From the NCBI RefSeq assembly GCF_044357595.1, contig NZ_JBIKPH010000001.1, positions 29,863 through 93,862 of the forward strand: DNA of 64,000 nucleotides, written 5' to 3'. Source of the DNA: Sphingorhabdus sp. (GTDB lineage: Bacteria > Pseudomonadota > Alphaproteobacteria > Sphingomonadales > Sphingomonadaceae). Both the position numbers and the translations under genes were made by a program. Positions 37,254 through 47,544 of the stretch are shown here, piece after piece. How positions within the stretch are numbered: the stretch's first letter is position 1; each line of letters begins with the position of its first letter. The notes below the pieces were generated by a model that was not told the DNA's origin, made no database searches, and saw nothing but the letters and a program-made list of their open reading frames with translations.

Positions 37254-38039
37254 CGCCCCGCCATCGACCAATATGTCAATTCCGGTCGTATAAGATGACG
37301 CATCCGACGCTAGATACAGCGCGGCCCCGGCAATATCTTCCGGGGCGCCGACCCGGCCTAGGGGAATCTGTTTTACTTCACGCTCAACCGATTCCGGTTT
37401 GCTCGTGAGCACTTCAGTGGCGGGTGTTTCAATCAAGCCTGGGCTGATTGAATTGACGCGTATGCCATAGCGCGACCAATCCCGGGCAAGCGCCTTGGTC
37501 ATAAACAGCAGAGCAGCTTTCGAGGTACCGTACGCTACCAAACCAGTGGTTGCGCGCAACCGACCAACGCGGTGGCCGCCAATCGATGCAATGTTGATAA
37601 TCGATCCGCCGCCATTATCCTTCATATGTCGAGCTTCGGCGCGACAGCACCAGAATGGTGCCGAGAGAAAGCCGTCGATCGAGCGTTTCCATCCATCAAC
37701 CGCACGATCATCGAAAATCCCTGAAGCCCCGGCAGGCTGCATGGCATTGTTAACAGCAATGTGAAGTCCGCCAAAATCTTGGACAACGCTGGCTATCATG
37801 GCATCGACGCGTTCGGGATCGCGGACATCACATTGGTAGAATTTGGCCTTAACCCCGAGGGCTTCGAGCTCAGCCGCGGTCTGCGCTCCCGCCTCGACAT
37901 TGCGGTTGCCGCACACTGCAACGGTGGCACCCGCGCGCGCAAACTGATGCGCTATACCCCGTCCAATTCCACTGGTTCCGCCGGTTACAAGTGCAACCCT
38001 ACCCGTGAGATCAAAATCCGTCATGGTCTGCGCCTCCAA
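37242..38039 (-). CDS. short-chain dehydrogenase/reductase
   Basis: TGGTSGIG, YGTSK, RVNSISPG; start may be ATG 38024. Confidence 0.93.
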   Translation of the reverse strand: MEAQTMTDFDLTGRVALVTGGTSGIGRGIAHQFARAGATVAVCGNRNVEAGAQTAAELEALGVKAKFYQCDVRDPERVDAMIASVVQDFGGLHIAVNNAMQPAGASGIFDDRAVDGWKRSIDGFLSAPFWCCRAEARHMKDNGGGSIINIASIGGHRVGRLRATTGLVAYGTSKAALLFMTKALARDWSRYGIRVNSISPGLIETPATEVLTSKPESVEREVKQIPLGRVGAPEDIAGAALYLASDASSYTTGIDILVDGGALIG

Positions 38040-38153
38040 AAACTAAAAAATGAGTTGTTTGCGCAAGTTGGTTGGTTCACCAAGCACAGAGATGTTGCTA
38101 TACTAAACACTGTTCGCTACGCAAGTTGAAACATGAGATAGGAGTGGAATTCC

Positions 38154-38960
38154 ATGTCCAGTGATTATCGCAACATCATCATTGAAAAACGAGGCGACGC
38201 CGACTGGCTGACTTTTAATCGGCCAGAAGCACTCAACGCGCTCTCACTTGAAATGGTCGATGAACTTAACGATTATTTCGGCAAGCTTTTTCATGACCGT
38301 TCTACCCGAGTGGTGGTCATGCGCGGGGCAGGGCGCGCTTTCTGTGCAGGGTTGGATATCAAAGACCGCAGCGAAGGCGATCCGTCAGAAGCGCCTTTCG
38401 GTGGTGGCTTTGGCTTTCAAGGCCATATTGCCGAGATATATGTGAAGATGCGCCGTTGTCCGCAGCCGATCATTGCCCTTGTACACGGAGCAGCATGCGG
38501 CGGCGGCTTTGCCTTTGCTCTGGCTTCGGACATTCGTATTGCGGGGGAAAGCGCGCGAATGAATGCGGCCTTTATCAAGATTGGCCTCTCGTCTTGCGAT
38601 ATGGGCACTAGCTATTTTCTGCCGCGGCTTGTCGGACTTTCGGTCGCGTCTGAATTAATGCTCACGGGCCGTTTCATCAATGCCCCGCGTGCTCTGGCGA
38701 CGGGCCTCGTTAGTGAGGTGGTGCCAGACGATCAATTAGAAGCGGCGGCCCAATCCTATGTTGATGATTTGATTGCTGCTTCGCCTATGGGGCTACGGAT
38801 GACGAAAGAGGGACTGAACCTCGCGGTCGATGCCGGTAATCTTGAAGCAGCGATGGCGATAGAAAACCGCAACCAGTTGATGACGGCCGCCAGCCCCAAT
38901 TTCAACGAAGGCATGAATGCATTTCTGGAAAAGCGCCGTCCGCAATACACGCCAGATTAA
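38154..38960 (+). CDS. enoyl-CoA hydratase/isomerase
   Basis: FNRPEALNAL, GRAFCAGLD, GAACGGG. Confidence 0.93.
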   Translation: MSSDYRNIIIEKRGDADWLTFNRPEALNALSLEMVDELNDYFGKLFHDRSTRVVVMRGAGRAFCAGLDIKDRSEGDPSEAPFGGGFGFQGHIAEIYVKMRRCPQPIIALVHGAACGGGFAFALASDIRIAGESARMNAAFIKIGLSSCDMGTSYFLPRLVGLSVASELMLTGRFINAPRALATGLVSEVVPDDQLEAAAQSYVDDLIAASPMGLRMTKEGLNLAVDAGNLEAAMAIENRNQLMTAASPNFNEGMNAFLEKRRPQYTPD

Positions 38961-38974
38961 CCTAGGATACCAAA

Positions 38975-41005
38975 TTGGCTCATTCGAAATATCCGCATAT
39001 TTTTGCACCGCTTCAGGTTGGGCATCACCTGCTCAAGAACCGCATCATCATGGGATCTATGCATTCCGGTCTTGAAGACGTGCCAAATGCTGCGGAACGG
39101 CTCTCCGCTTACTTTGTTGAACGCGTCCGCGGCGGCGTTGGCATGATCATTACAGGGGGCATTACGCCGCATGCGAGCGGCGGCAAGGGCGCAAAATTAA
39201 GCGAACTGTCCGAAGTCCCCATGCACCGCGCGGTTACGGACGCAGTGCATGCCGCTGACCCGCAGGTCAAAATTTGCATGCAAATACTGCATTCGGGTTC
39301 CATCGCCAATGTTGATGAACCTGTTGGCCCATCGCCGGTTCAGTCCCGCATAGCAAGGCAAGCGCCGGTTGAACTCGATGCGGATGGTATAGAAGAACAG
39401 ATTGCTGCCTTTGCCAATTGTGCCGCGTTGGCGAAAGAAGCAGGCTATGACGGCGTCGAAGTGATTGGTTCTGCCGGCTATCTCATTTCTACTTTCCTCG
39501 TCGAAAAAACGAACCAGCGTAATGATGAATGGGGCGGTAGCTGGGAAAACCGTATGCGTTTCGCTATCGAAGTGGTCCGCCGGGTACGCATTGCGATTGG
39601 CCCGGACATGATTTTAATCTTTCGCATTGCCGCAATGGACATGTTGCAAGGCGGCTTGGCTTGGGATGAGGTGGTGAGCCTTGCCAAAGCATTAGAGGCC
39701 GAGGGCGTAGATGCAATTAGCACCCATTTTTGCTGGCATGAAAGCCAGGTACCCACCATTGCTACTATGGTGCCGCGCGCTGCCTTTGCCGGGGTAACTG
39801 GACGGCTACGCAAGGAGGTTTCGGTACCACTGATTACCAGTAACCGCATCAACATGCCCGATATAGCAGAGGCTGTGCTTGCACGCGGAGACGCCGATCT
39901 GGTGTCTATGGCGCGGCCAATGCTGGCCGATCCTGAATTGGTCAATAAGGCGTTTGAGGACCGAGTTAACGAAATCAACACATGCATCGGTTGCAATCAA
40001 GCCTGCCTCGACCATACATTTACTGGTCAGACGGTCTCGTGCCTTGTCAATGCCCGTGCCTGCCGTGAGACTGAAATCGACATTCGTCCCACAAAAACCG
40101 CCAAACGGATTGCCGTTGTGGGTGCCGGTCCCGCTGGTTTGGCTTTTGCGACGATCGCTGCGGAACGGGGGCATCATGTAACCTTATTCGACGCCAGCAG
40201 TGCAATTGGCGGGCAGTTTAATCTGGCGCGAAAAATTCCCGGCAAGGAAGAGTTTGACGAAACGCTTCGTTACTTTGGACGGATGATCGAAGTACACAAT
40301 GTGGACCTGCGGTTGAATACCCGCGTCACGGCCGATGCCCTGATTGCCGCAGGCTATGACGAAGTTGTTGTTGCGACAGGCATCACTCCGCGCAGTCTAA
40401 AAATAGACGGTATCGATCATGCCAAGGCCGTCAGCTATTTTGATGTGATTACCGGCAAAGCCGTTGTTGGACAAAAGGTCGCTATCATAGGTGCTGGCGG
40501 CATAGGCTTTGATGTTGCGGAGTTGATTACCCATGCGGGCGTGTCTGCGGCGCTGGATATCAATATATTTGCAAAGGAATGGGGCATCGATTTTGAGAAC
40601 CATCCGCGGGGCGGGGTTACGGGCGTAGAGCCTGTGGTAGCCAGCAACGGACGAGAAGTTTTCTTGCTCCAGCGCAAAGCAAGTACGGTAGGCAAGGGCT
40701 TGGGCAAGACGACGGGATGGGCCCACCGGATCACCCTGCAGAGGCGTGGGGTGCATATGTTGGCTGGCGTTGAGTATGTTGCAATCGATGATGCCGGTTT
40801 GCATATCCGGCTGAACGGCACGCCACGCTTACTTGACGTCGATACGGTGATCATATGCGCCGGTCAGGAACCTGCGCGCCAACTATATGATGCGTTACTG
40901 GCCACGGGGCAAAGCACTCATTTGATTGGCGGCGCATATGAAGCTTCTGAACTTGATGCGAAGCGGGCGATTAAGCAGGCGACTGAACTGGCGGTCGTCG
41001 TTTAA
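38975..41005 (+). CDS. fadH: NADPH-dependent 2,4-dienoyl-CoA reductase
   Basis: NRIIMGSMHSGLE, WHESQVPTIA, NTCIGCNQACLDH, GGQFNLARKIPGKEEF, GKTTGW, ELDAKRAI. Confidence 0.92.
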   Translation: MAHSKYPHIFAPLQVGHHLLKNRIIMGSMHSGLEDVPNAAERLSAYFVERVRGGVGMIITGGITPHASGGKGAKLSELSEVPMHRAVTDAVHAADPQVKICMQILHSGSIANVDEPVGPSPVQSRIARQAPVELDADGIEEQIAAFANCAALAKEAGYDGVEVIGSAGYLISTFLVEKTNQRNDEWGGSWENRMRFAIEVVRRVRIAIGPDMILIFRIAAMDMLQGGLAWDEVVSLAKALEAEGVDAISTHFCWHESQVPTIATMVPRAAFAGVTGRLRKEVSVPLITSNRINMPDIAEAVLARGDADLVSMARPMLADPELVNKAFEDRVNEINTCIGCNQACLDHTFTGQTVSCLVNARACRETEIDIRPTKTAKRIAVVGAGPAGLAFATIAAERGHHVTLFDASSAIGGQFNLARKIPGKEEFDETLRYFGRMIEVHNVDLRLNTRVTADALIAAGYDEVVVATGITPRSLKIDGIDHAKAVSYFDVITGKAVVGQKVAIIGAGGIGFDVAELITHAGVSAALDINIFAKEWGIDFENHPRGGVTGVEPVVASNGREVFLLQRKASTVGKGLGKTTGWAHRITLQRRGVHMLAGVEYVAIDDAGLHIRLNGTPRLLDVDTVIICAGQEPARQLYDALLATGQSTHLIGGAYEASELDAKRAIKQATELAVVV

Positions 41006-41152
41006 CAGAGATCCCTCTATCAAGGTGGATTAGCAGAGGAAATGACGCCCTAGTCTTCAGAGCAAAGCGGCTGCAGGATCGGGGTCGAGTCTAGTTCGAC
41101 CTCAGAAGTCAAGGAAGGCTAGCTGTCATATCAGAGGAGTGTAACTATATAC

Positions 41153-42238
41153 TCACACATCCCAAAGAGAGAAAAAATCAAAATCTGCCGCTGCCATGCC
41201 GAGTCGAAATGTAAGCGCGCGGATTACATCTTCAGGCTGGTGCGAAACATGATTAGTTGGCCAGATAAAAAGTGGCATGGCGATGTACCTGCGATATTCA
41301 TCCCAGGCATCGGTAAACTTCGGCACTTGCCGACAGCCGTGCTTCTTCAGGCAATCGAGATAATGGATAAGCAGGTCTCTTTCTGCAATCCTGCGATCCG
41401 CAGGTTCAAGGGCTGTTACAACTGAATAACTGATATCATGTGCCCAAGGGCCGCGCGAAAGGGTCTGCCAGTCGTAAAGACCCGCAGCGCCATCTGCGGT
41501 CGTGTAGCAGTTCCCCGGATGCGGATCGGCGTGAAGGAGGCAATAGTCTGTGCCCGCCTCAACTTGTCTCACCATCTTCCAAAATGCGGCTTCGATCCGG
41601 CCACCGTCTCGAACACTTTGGGGCAAGCCTTCGGCACGTGGTCCCGCCATAATTTGACGGACCCGCTCGCCACCATTAGCTATTGCCCATTCACTGAGTG
41701 GTCCCGTAGAGCAGACTGGCAGAGAGACACGGTGGTCTTCCGCTAGCGTAGGGTCACGCCAGCGCAGGGCATGTAGAGAAGCAAGGCTGTCAATCAGGGA
41801 AGCAACGTCATCGACACTTCGTGTGACACGGCCGTCCCACATTGTACCGCCAGAATATGGGATATCCTCCATCAACACCAGGCCATCGCCATCACCCTGC
41901 CAGGCGGAAAAGTAGCTGGCCGGAGCTTTAATCGAAATCAAAGAGGCCCATTCTGAATAGAACTGGGCTTCTCTGGCATAGATGCCCATTGCTCGGGCAG
42001 AGGCACTATGTGGTTCCCAGCCCCCTTTTGCCCAGACCACGCTCGGAAGATCATGCGGATTACGAGTATAACTGAGCCGCAGTCTAACCTTCGTACCCGC
42101 CCCGGCAATCCTCAGTTCATGAAGGGCGCTGTCCACAATCGTGCCTGGGAACTTTAGGTTAAATGCAGCTGTTAGCCACGTTGCGGTCAACCCCTCTACC
42201 TCAGAAGGTATGTCAACTTTACGCACCGCATTTTCCAT
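41153..42238 (-). CDS. APH/choline-kinase-like phosphotransferase
   Basis: Brenner-type motifs LLHADPHPGN and LYDWQ; start taken at ATG 42238. Confidence 0.85.
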   Translation of the reverse strand: MENAVRKVDIPSEVEGLTATWLTAAFNLKFPGTIVDSALHELRIAGAGTKVRLRLSYTRNPHDLPSVVWAKGGWEPHSASARAMGIYAREAQFYSEWASLISIKAPASYFSAWQGDGDGLVLMEDIPYSGGTMWDGRVTRSVDDVASLIDSLASLHALRWRDPTLAEDHRVSLPVCSTGPLSEWAIANGGERVRQIMAGPRAEGLPQSVRDGGRIEAAFWKMVRQVEAGTDYCLLHADPHPGNCYTTADGAAGLYDWQTLSRGPWAHDISYSVVTALEPADRRIAERDLLIHYLDCLKKHGCRQVPKFTDAWDEYRRYIAMPLFIWPTNHVSHQPEDVIRALTFRLGMAAADFDFFSLWDV

Positions 42239-42418
42239 TTTTCCCTCATGTCTCCGGCATTTCAAGTTGCCAATTGTCTATTATTCAGAGATTGGACATC
42301 AGATCGAGACCCAGTCATGTGCTTCCATACGCCACTCGCGCGGTCAGGCAAGAGATTGAACTGTCTGTTTCCATTTAGCTGCTTACCATCCATCTAAGTA
42401 AAGGAGATAAATCGCAGC

Positions 42419-43513
42419 ATGAGCATTAAGACTAGAGCAGCCATCGCGCCAGGCAATGGCGAGCGGCTTATCATAGATGAAATTGAGGTGCGTGCACCGG
42501 GTCAAGGTGAAGTATTGGTAGAGATGAAGGCGTCTGGTCTTTGCCATACTGATCTTTCCGCAATGGAGGGTAAATTTCCGGTGAAGCTGCCGGCAGTGCT
42601 TGGCCATGAAGGAGCTGGAATTGTCGTGGAATGTGGTCCGGGCGTCACTTCTGTTAAGCTTGGCGATCCCGTTATCCTAAGCAACACTGCACATTGTGGA
42701 ACCTGCCCACCCTGTCTTTCAAAAAAGACCGGTTACTGCGATAGCATGGGGCAGGATGCCCGCGCGCCGTCGCCGTTTACGTGGCGTGGGGAGCCACTTG
42801 GCCGAATGGGACCGTCAGCCAGTTTCTCCGCGCATACAATCATCGATCCTGCGCGGCTAACGCACATTGATCCGGCCATGTCTTTCGAAACAGCATCGCT
42901 TGTCCCTTGCGGCGTGATGACGGGCTTTGGTGCCGTCAACAATGTTGCCAAGGTTGAGCTGGGCAGCAAAGTGCTGGTGTTCGGTATGGGGTCCATTGGT
43001 TTAAACGTCTTGCAAGCGTGCAAACTGGCGGGCGCGTCCGTCATTGTCGCGCTTGATACCAATCCTGCCAAAGAAGCGGTCGCGCGCGAATTTGGTGCCA
43101 CTGATTTTATCAATCCTGCAGATGATGTTGTACCGCTTGATAAGCGGATAAAAGCGTTGCTTGGCGGTTATGCTGACTATGCGTTCGATTGTGTGGGGCA
43201 TCCCGCAATCGTAAAACAAGCAGTTGGCTTGGTGAACCCCTATTGGGGCGTGATGGTCGCTGTCGGCATTGCACCGGTAACCGAACAAATCACTCTGCCA
43301 GCCGCGACCTTTTACTTTGGCCGTTCGATACGCGGCACATTTATTGGTGATTGCAATCCAGTGACCGATACGCCGAAAATTCTGGAGCATTACCACCAAG
43401 GTAGGTTGGCTATTGACCGCCTCATTACCCACCGGATTTCGCTTGAAGAGATTAACAGCGGCTTTGACCTGATGAAATCCGGGCAAGCAATCCGCACGGT
43501 AGTGATATTCTAA
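42419..43513 (+). CDS. zinc-dependent alcohol dehydrogenase (class III-like)
   Basis: GLCHTD, GHEGAG, CGTCPPC...C, PCGVMTG. Confidence 0.93.
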   Translation: MSIKTRAAIAPGNGERLIIDEIEVRAPGQGEVLVEMKASGLCHTDLSAMEGKFPVKLPAVLGHEGAGIVVECGPGVTSVKLGDPVILSNTAHCGTCPPCLSKKTGYCDSMGQDARAPSPFTWRGEPLGRMGPSASFSAHTIIDPARLTHIDPAMSFETASLVPCGVMTGFGAVNNVAKVELGSKVLVFGMGSIGLNVLQACKLAGASVIVALDTNPAKEAVAREFGATDFINPADDVVPLDKRIKALLGGYADYAFDCVGHPAIVKQAVGLVNPYWGVMVAVGIAPVTEQITLPAATFYFGRSIRGTFIGDCNPVTDTPKILEHYHQGRLAIDRLITHRISLEEINSGFDLMKSGQAIRTVVIF

Positions 43514-43518
43514 AATCA

Positions 43519-43555
43519 AAAGGCCGGAGAGACGATATGTGTATCTCCGGCCTTT
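43519..43555. terminator. bidirectional intrinsic terminator-like hairpin
   Basis: AAAGGCCGGAGA...TCTCCGGCCTTT between the convergent ADH and ALDH genes. Confidence 0.75.
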
Positions 43556-43577
43556 CTACTTTCGCTAAGTCGGAAGT

Positions 43578-45053
43578 TTATCCGATCAACACAGTCTTGG
43601 TGCTGACAAATTCCATGACGCCTTCGCGGCCGCCTTCGCGACCAAAGCCAGAAATACCAACTCCGCCGAACGGTGCGCCGACGTGCATATTACCCGTACC
43701 GTTAATCCCGACCGTTCCGGAATGAAGGTCACGGGCCAAACGGCGTGCGCGGCGCATATCTGCCGTTTGCACATAGTTGGTCAGACCATAAGCAGTACTG
43801 TTCGCGATTTCTACGGCCTGCTCTTCAGTATCGAAAGGAATGATCGAAAGCACTGGTCCGAATACTTCATTCTGTGCAAGGCTGCTTTGCGGATCGACAT
43901 CCGCAAAAATCGTTGTGTCGACAAAAAAGCCATCGGCAAGCTCGCCGCCTGGACGTCCGCCACCCAAGACAAGACGACCAGCCTTTTCGGATTTTGCCTT
44001 TTCGATGATGCCACTCACTCTTTGCAAGGCGGCGTCGTTCACGAGCGGTCCTGCAAAAGTAGTTAATTCAAGTGGATCACCCGTAATATACTGCGAGACC
44101 ACAGCAGTTACGCCCTCAACCACTTCGTCATAAACGCCACGCTGCACCAAAAGCCGAGTGGGTAAGGCGCAGCCTTGGCCTGTGTTGACAAGCGAGAATG
44201 TTGCGGAATATGGAATAGCCTCTGCCAAATTGGCGTCGTCAAACACTAAATTGGCTCCCTTACCTCCCAGCTCAAACAGGACAGGAACGAGGTTGTTTGC
44301 AGCCGACTGCATGATCTTCGTTGCTGTTGCGGGCCCTCCGGTGAAGCTGATTTTGTTAATGCCGGGGTGGGCCGAAATGGCCGCACCCGTTTCTGGGCCG
44401 CCGATCACAAGATTAAGCACGCCATCTGGCAGCCCTGCTTCTTTCGCCAGTTCAAGGAAGCGGATTGAAGTGAACGGCGTGAACTCTGCGGGCTTAAGGA
44501 CGATCGTGTTGCCCGCTGCGAGTGCCGGTGGAATTTTCATCGCTAACGATAGTAAAGGTGCGTTCCATGTGATGATTATTCCGACTACGCCGAATGGTTC
44601 AGGTATCGTGTAAACGAAAGCCTCATCGCGGGCAGTATCGACAACAAGACCATCAAGCTTGTCTGCCCATCCAGCATAATAGCGTGTCCAATCCGATGCC
44701 ATAGTGACAAACCGGTTTGCGCCAAAACCCATTGTGGCGCCGTTTTCGAGCGTTGAAATTGTAGCCAACTCTGAGCCATTTTCGATAAGTAATGCCGCGA
44801 GCTTTTCAAGAATTTCGCGACGACGCGGGCCGGGTGTGTTGCGCCAGCCCGGGGCTGCAGCGCGTGCCGCTGCGACAGCCGCATCGACCGAATCCGTTCC
44901 GGACAAAGGGATGCTGGCCTGCGCCTGTGCGGTGGCAGGATTGATATGGTCGAATGTTCCGACAGAGCCAACTGTGTAGCGTTCGCCGCCAATTACCGAG
45001 CTGACTACGGGCAGTATTTCTGCGGCCTTTTTGTGCCTGTCAATCAATGTCAT
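43578..45053 (-). CDS. aldehyde dehydrogenase
   Basis: WNAP, KPAE, FTGG, FELGGK, GQGC, EVFGP, PFGG. Confidence 0.95.
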   Translation of the reverse strand: MTLIDRHKKAAEILPVVSSVIGGERYTVGSVGTFDHINPATAQAQASIPLSGTDSVDAAVAAARAAAPGWRNTPGPRRREILEKLAALLIENGSELATISTLENGATMGFGANRFVTMASDWTRYYAGWADKLDGLVVDTARDEAFVYTIPEPFGVVGIIITWNAPLLSLAMKIPPALAAGNTIVLKPAEFTPFTSIRFLELAKEAGLPDGVLNLVIGGPETGAAISAHPGINKISFTGGPATATKIMQSAANNLVPVLFELGGKGANLVFDDANLAEAIPYSATFSLVNTGQGCALPTRLLVQRGVYDEVVEGVTAVVSQYITGDPLELTTFAGPLVNDAALQRVSGIIEKAKSEKAGRLVLGGGRPGGELADGFFVDTTIFADVDPQSSLAQNEVFGPVLSIIPFDTEEQAVEIANSTAYGLTNYVQTADMRRARRLARDLHSGTVGINGTGNMHVGAPFGGVGISGFGREGGREGVMEFVSTKTVLIG

Positions 45054-45112
45054 ATCTCTAATCCTTCATAATTTTGATCTTTAGAAAAAGAAAATCGCAC
45101 GCATGCAATGGA

Positions 45113-46738
45113 TTATCGTATTTCTTCTTGCATCAGTTCGGACAGCCGCCATGCCGCCGCCATTGTTGGAGCATTGGTGTTACCCGACGGCATTTCCCGA
45201 AAAATAGAGCAGTCGATCACCCTTAAGCCCTCGATGCCACGTACCCGGCAATGGCTATCTAGCACATCGGTTTCATCTGGACCCATTGCAGCAGTGCCGA
45301 CAGTATGCTGCCCGCAGTTGCCAGTGGTTTTGTAAAGTTCCAGAATATCTTTATCGCTTTTCGCCCAGCTGGTTTTTTCGGTTTCGCCAACAACATAGGG
45401 CTTCAGCGCGTCCTGCTCCATAATTCTGCGGATGGCCCGTGTGCCCTCAACGGCGGTTTCGCGGTCGATATCGGCCTGATAAAATGCAGGGTCGATATCG
45501 AGCGGCGCATTCGGATCAGCCGACGTGATCAACGCATGCCCTTCGCTTTTTGGCCGAAGAATATAGGAATAAGTTTGCATGCCCGGCTCATTCTCAAATG
45601 CGATACCTTTACTGGTATCGCCCATCGAATATGGGTTGAACATAATCTGCGTATCTGGGCGGGTGGTCGCGGGATGCGCCTTTACAAAGGCGATGGCTTC
45701 TGCTGCACCGCGTGCCATTGGCCCTTTGCCGCGCACCATATAGTTTAACACATTGCCGAACAGTCGCGCGCCGCTATATTCTCGGTTATCGCTGTATTTC
45801 CAGTCGCGTAGTCGATAGTGCAGAGCCATAACATTATGCTCGCGGAGGCGGCGCCCGACATTTGGACTGTGGTGGATGGTTTCAATGCCAAGGCTTTGTA
45901 ACAACGCACCATCGCCAATACCCGACAACTGTAGGATTTTTGGCGAAATCAGCGCGCCTGCCGACAATATGACTTCACGCCGCGCATACAAGGAAACCTC
46001 TTGGCCGTCAGTTACACCTACAACGCCCACTGCCTTGCCATTTTCGATCAACACGCGGTTGATGCGGGTACCGGTACGTATGGCTAGATTAGATCGCCCC
46101 TTTGCCTTGTCCAGTAACACCCGCGCCGAACTGATCCGGCGGCCGGATTTGTCGATGTTCCATTGTGCGTAACCAATGCCTTCCAGATCGGGACCGTTCT
46201 GGTCATCCTTGGTCCGCAGTTGCAGGCTGTTACCCGCCGCGATAGTTGCTGCCCAGAGAGCATTTTGGTTAGGGTTTGTGGTTATCGCAATCGGGCCGCC
46301 CGCGCCGCGATATTCGCTTTCACCCAAATTGTGATCCTCAAGCGCGCGCAGGCAGCGCAACATGTCTTTCCAGCCCCAACCTGGATTTCCTAAAGCCTCA
46401 AGGCCGTCATAGTCTTCGGCGACACCACGATTCCAAACCATGCCGTTTATCGCGCTTGACCCGCCCAGCATTTTGCCGCGAATCCATACTTGTGGGTTCA
46501 CCATGGCATCGGGCCGAGGATTGGTTTGGTAAAAGTGCGCACGGACTGGATCGGCAATCAATTTGCCAAAGCCCTTAGGCATCCGGCTTAGCCAGTTATC
46601 ACCGCCGCCCTCTTCAATCAGTATCACCGAATGGCGGCCATCTGCCGACAAGCGATCTGCAAGAACAGCGCCCGCCGAACCTGAACCGACGATGATATAA
46701 TCAGCAACCGGGGTTATTTCCTCGGACTTTTGTGACAT
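45113..46738 (-). CDS. GMC oxidoreductase
   Basis: GSGSAG, RGKMLGGSSAINGM, HTVGTAAMG, GNTNAPT. Confidence 0.95.
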   Translation of the reverse strand: MSQKSEEITPVADYIIVGSGSAGAVLADRLSADGRHSVILIEEGGGDNWLSRMPKGFGKLIADPVRAHFYQTNPRPDAMVNPQVWIRGKMLGGSSAINGMVWNRGVAEDYDGLEALGNPGWGWKDMLRCLRALEDHNLGESEYRGAGGPIAITTNPNQNALWAATIAAGNSLQLRTKDDQNGPDLEGIGYAQWNIDKSGRRISSARVLLDKAKGRSNLAIRTGTRINRVLIENGKAVGVVGVTDGQEVSLYARREVILSAGALISPKILQLSGIGDGALLQSLGIETIHHSPNVGRRLREHNVMALHYRLRDWKYSDNREYSGARLFGNVLNYMVRGKGPMARGAAEAIAFVKAHPATTRPDTQIMFNPYSMGDTSKGIAFENEPGMQTYSYILRPKSEGHALITSADPNAPLDIDPAFYQADIDRETAVEGTRAIRRIMEQDALKPYVVGETEKTSWAKSDKDILELYKTTGNCGQHTVGTAAMGPDETDVLDSHCRVRGIEGLRVIDCSIFREMPSGNTNAPTMAAAWRLSELMQEEIR

Positions 46739-46823
46739 CCTATTTCTCTCCCGTACCCATTATTTATTAGAAAAAACTGTCTAGTATGGCAAGGGAGATA
46801 ATTCCCATTTTTATCAAGTGAAG

Positions 46824-47450
46824 CTACTCGTCGATTGCTTCCTGCGATGCAAGATAAGCCTCTAAAACATATGGAATTTCTGTAATTATTGGACGTTGAC
46901 GTGTGTCACGAACGTCCAAAGCAAACGATAGTGTTCCCGTGGAAATTGCATAGAGAACCTTTGCTACCTTTTGGCCACGTAGCTCCCCCAATCGGAGCGT
47001 AATGACTGACTCCAAGAGCTCCAAGAAAGTGTCGACAGCCTGGCCCTCATGTATTTGATGCAGTTCTAGTGCAAAAGGATTGGCAGAATAGTAGCGGATC
47101 GGCTTTCCAAATAGAGATTCGATCACTTCGGAGGCTGACATTTTTTGCCATTCACCCGTGTTTATGGCCACCACATTTTCCATCATATCATTCATGCAGG
47201 TGCGATGTTTTTCGCGTAACGTCTCCAGCAACTCATCTTTGTCACTGAAAAAGTGATACATCGAACCTATCGAAGACTTGGCACGTCGGGCTGTCGCGTG
47301 AAGTGTTAAGCCAGCGATTCCGGCTTCTGAAATAATCGCTGCCGCCGCGTTCAAAATTGTTTCGCGGCGCCTGATTCCGTTAGCCCGTTGGGGGGCACGC
47401 ACTTTTGACGATAGAGGTTTGGTGATTGGCATAGTTAAAGCATATCGCAT
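46824..47450 (-). CDS. TetR family regulator
   Basis: RAPQRANG, ATARRAKSSIGSMYHFFSDK. Confidence 0.9.
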   Translation of the reverse strand: MRYALTMPITKPLSSKVRAPQRANGIRRRETILNAAAAIISEAGIAGLTLHATARRAKSSIGSMYHFFSDKDELLETLREKHRTCMNDMMENVVAINTGEWQKMSASEVIESLFGKPIRYYSANPFALELHQIHEGQAVDTFLELLESVITLRLGELRGQKVAKVLYAISTGTLSFALDVRDTRQRPIITEIPYVLEAYLASQEAIDE

Positions 47451-47544
47451 TTAGACGATTGGAAAGTCCAGTCTTGCATTGATGCATGTTCGTGGTTCAC
47501 ATATTCGAAACTATTATTGCCAGTTGAAATTGAGGGGCAGGGCA

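Noticed and set aside
41083-41101. GGTCGA...TCGACC hairpin between fadH and the kinase
   Set aside because: Stem is short with no U-tract, too weak to call a terminator.
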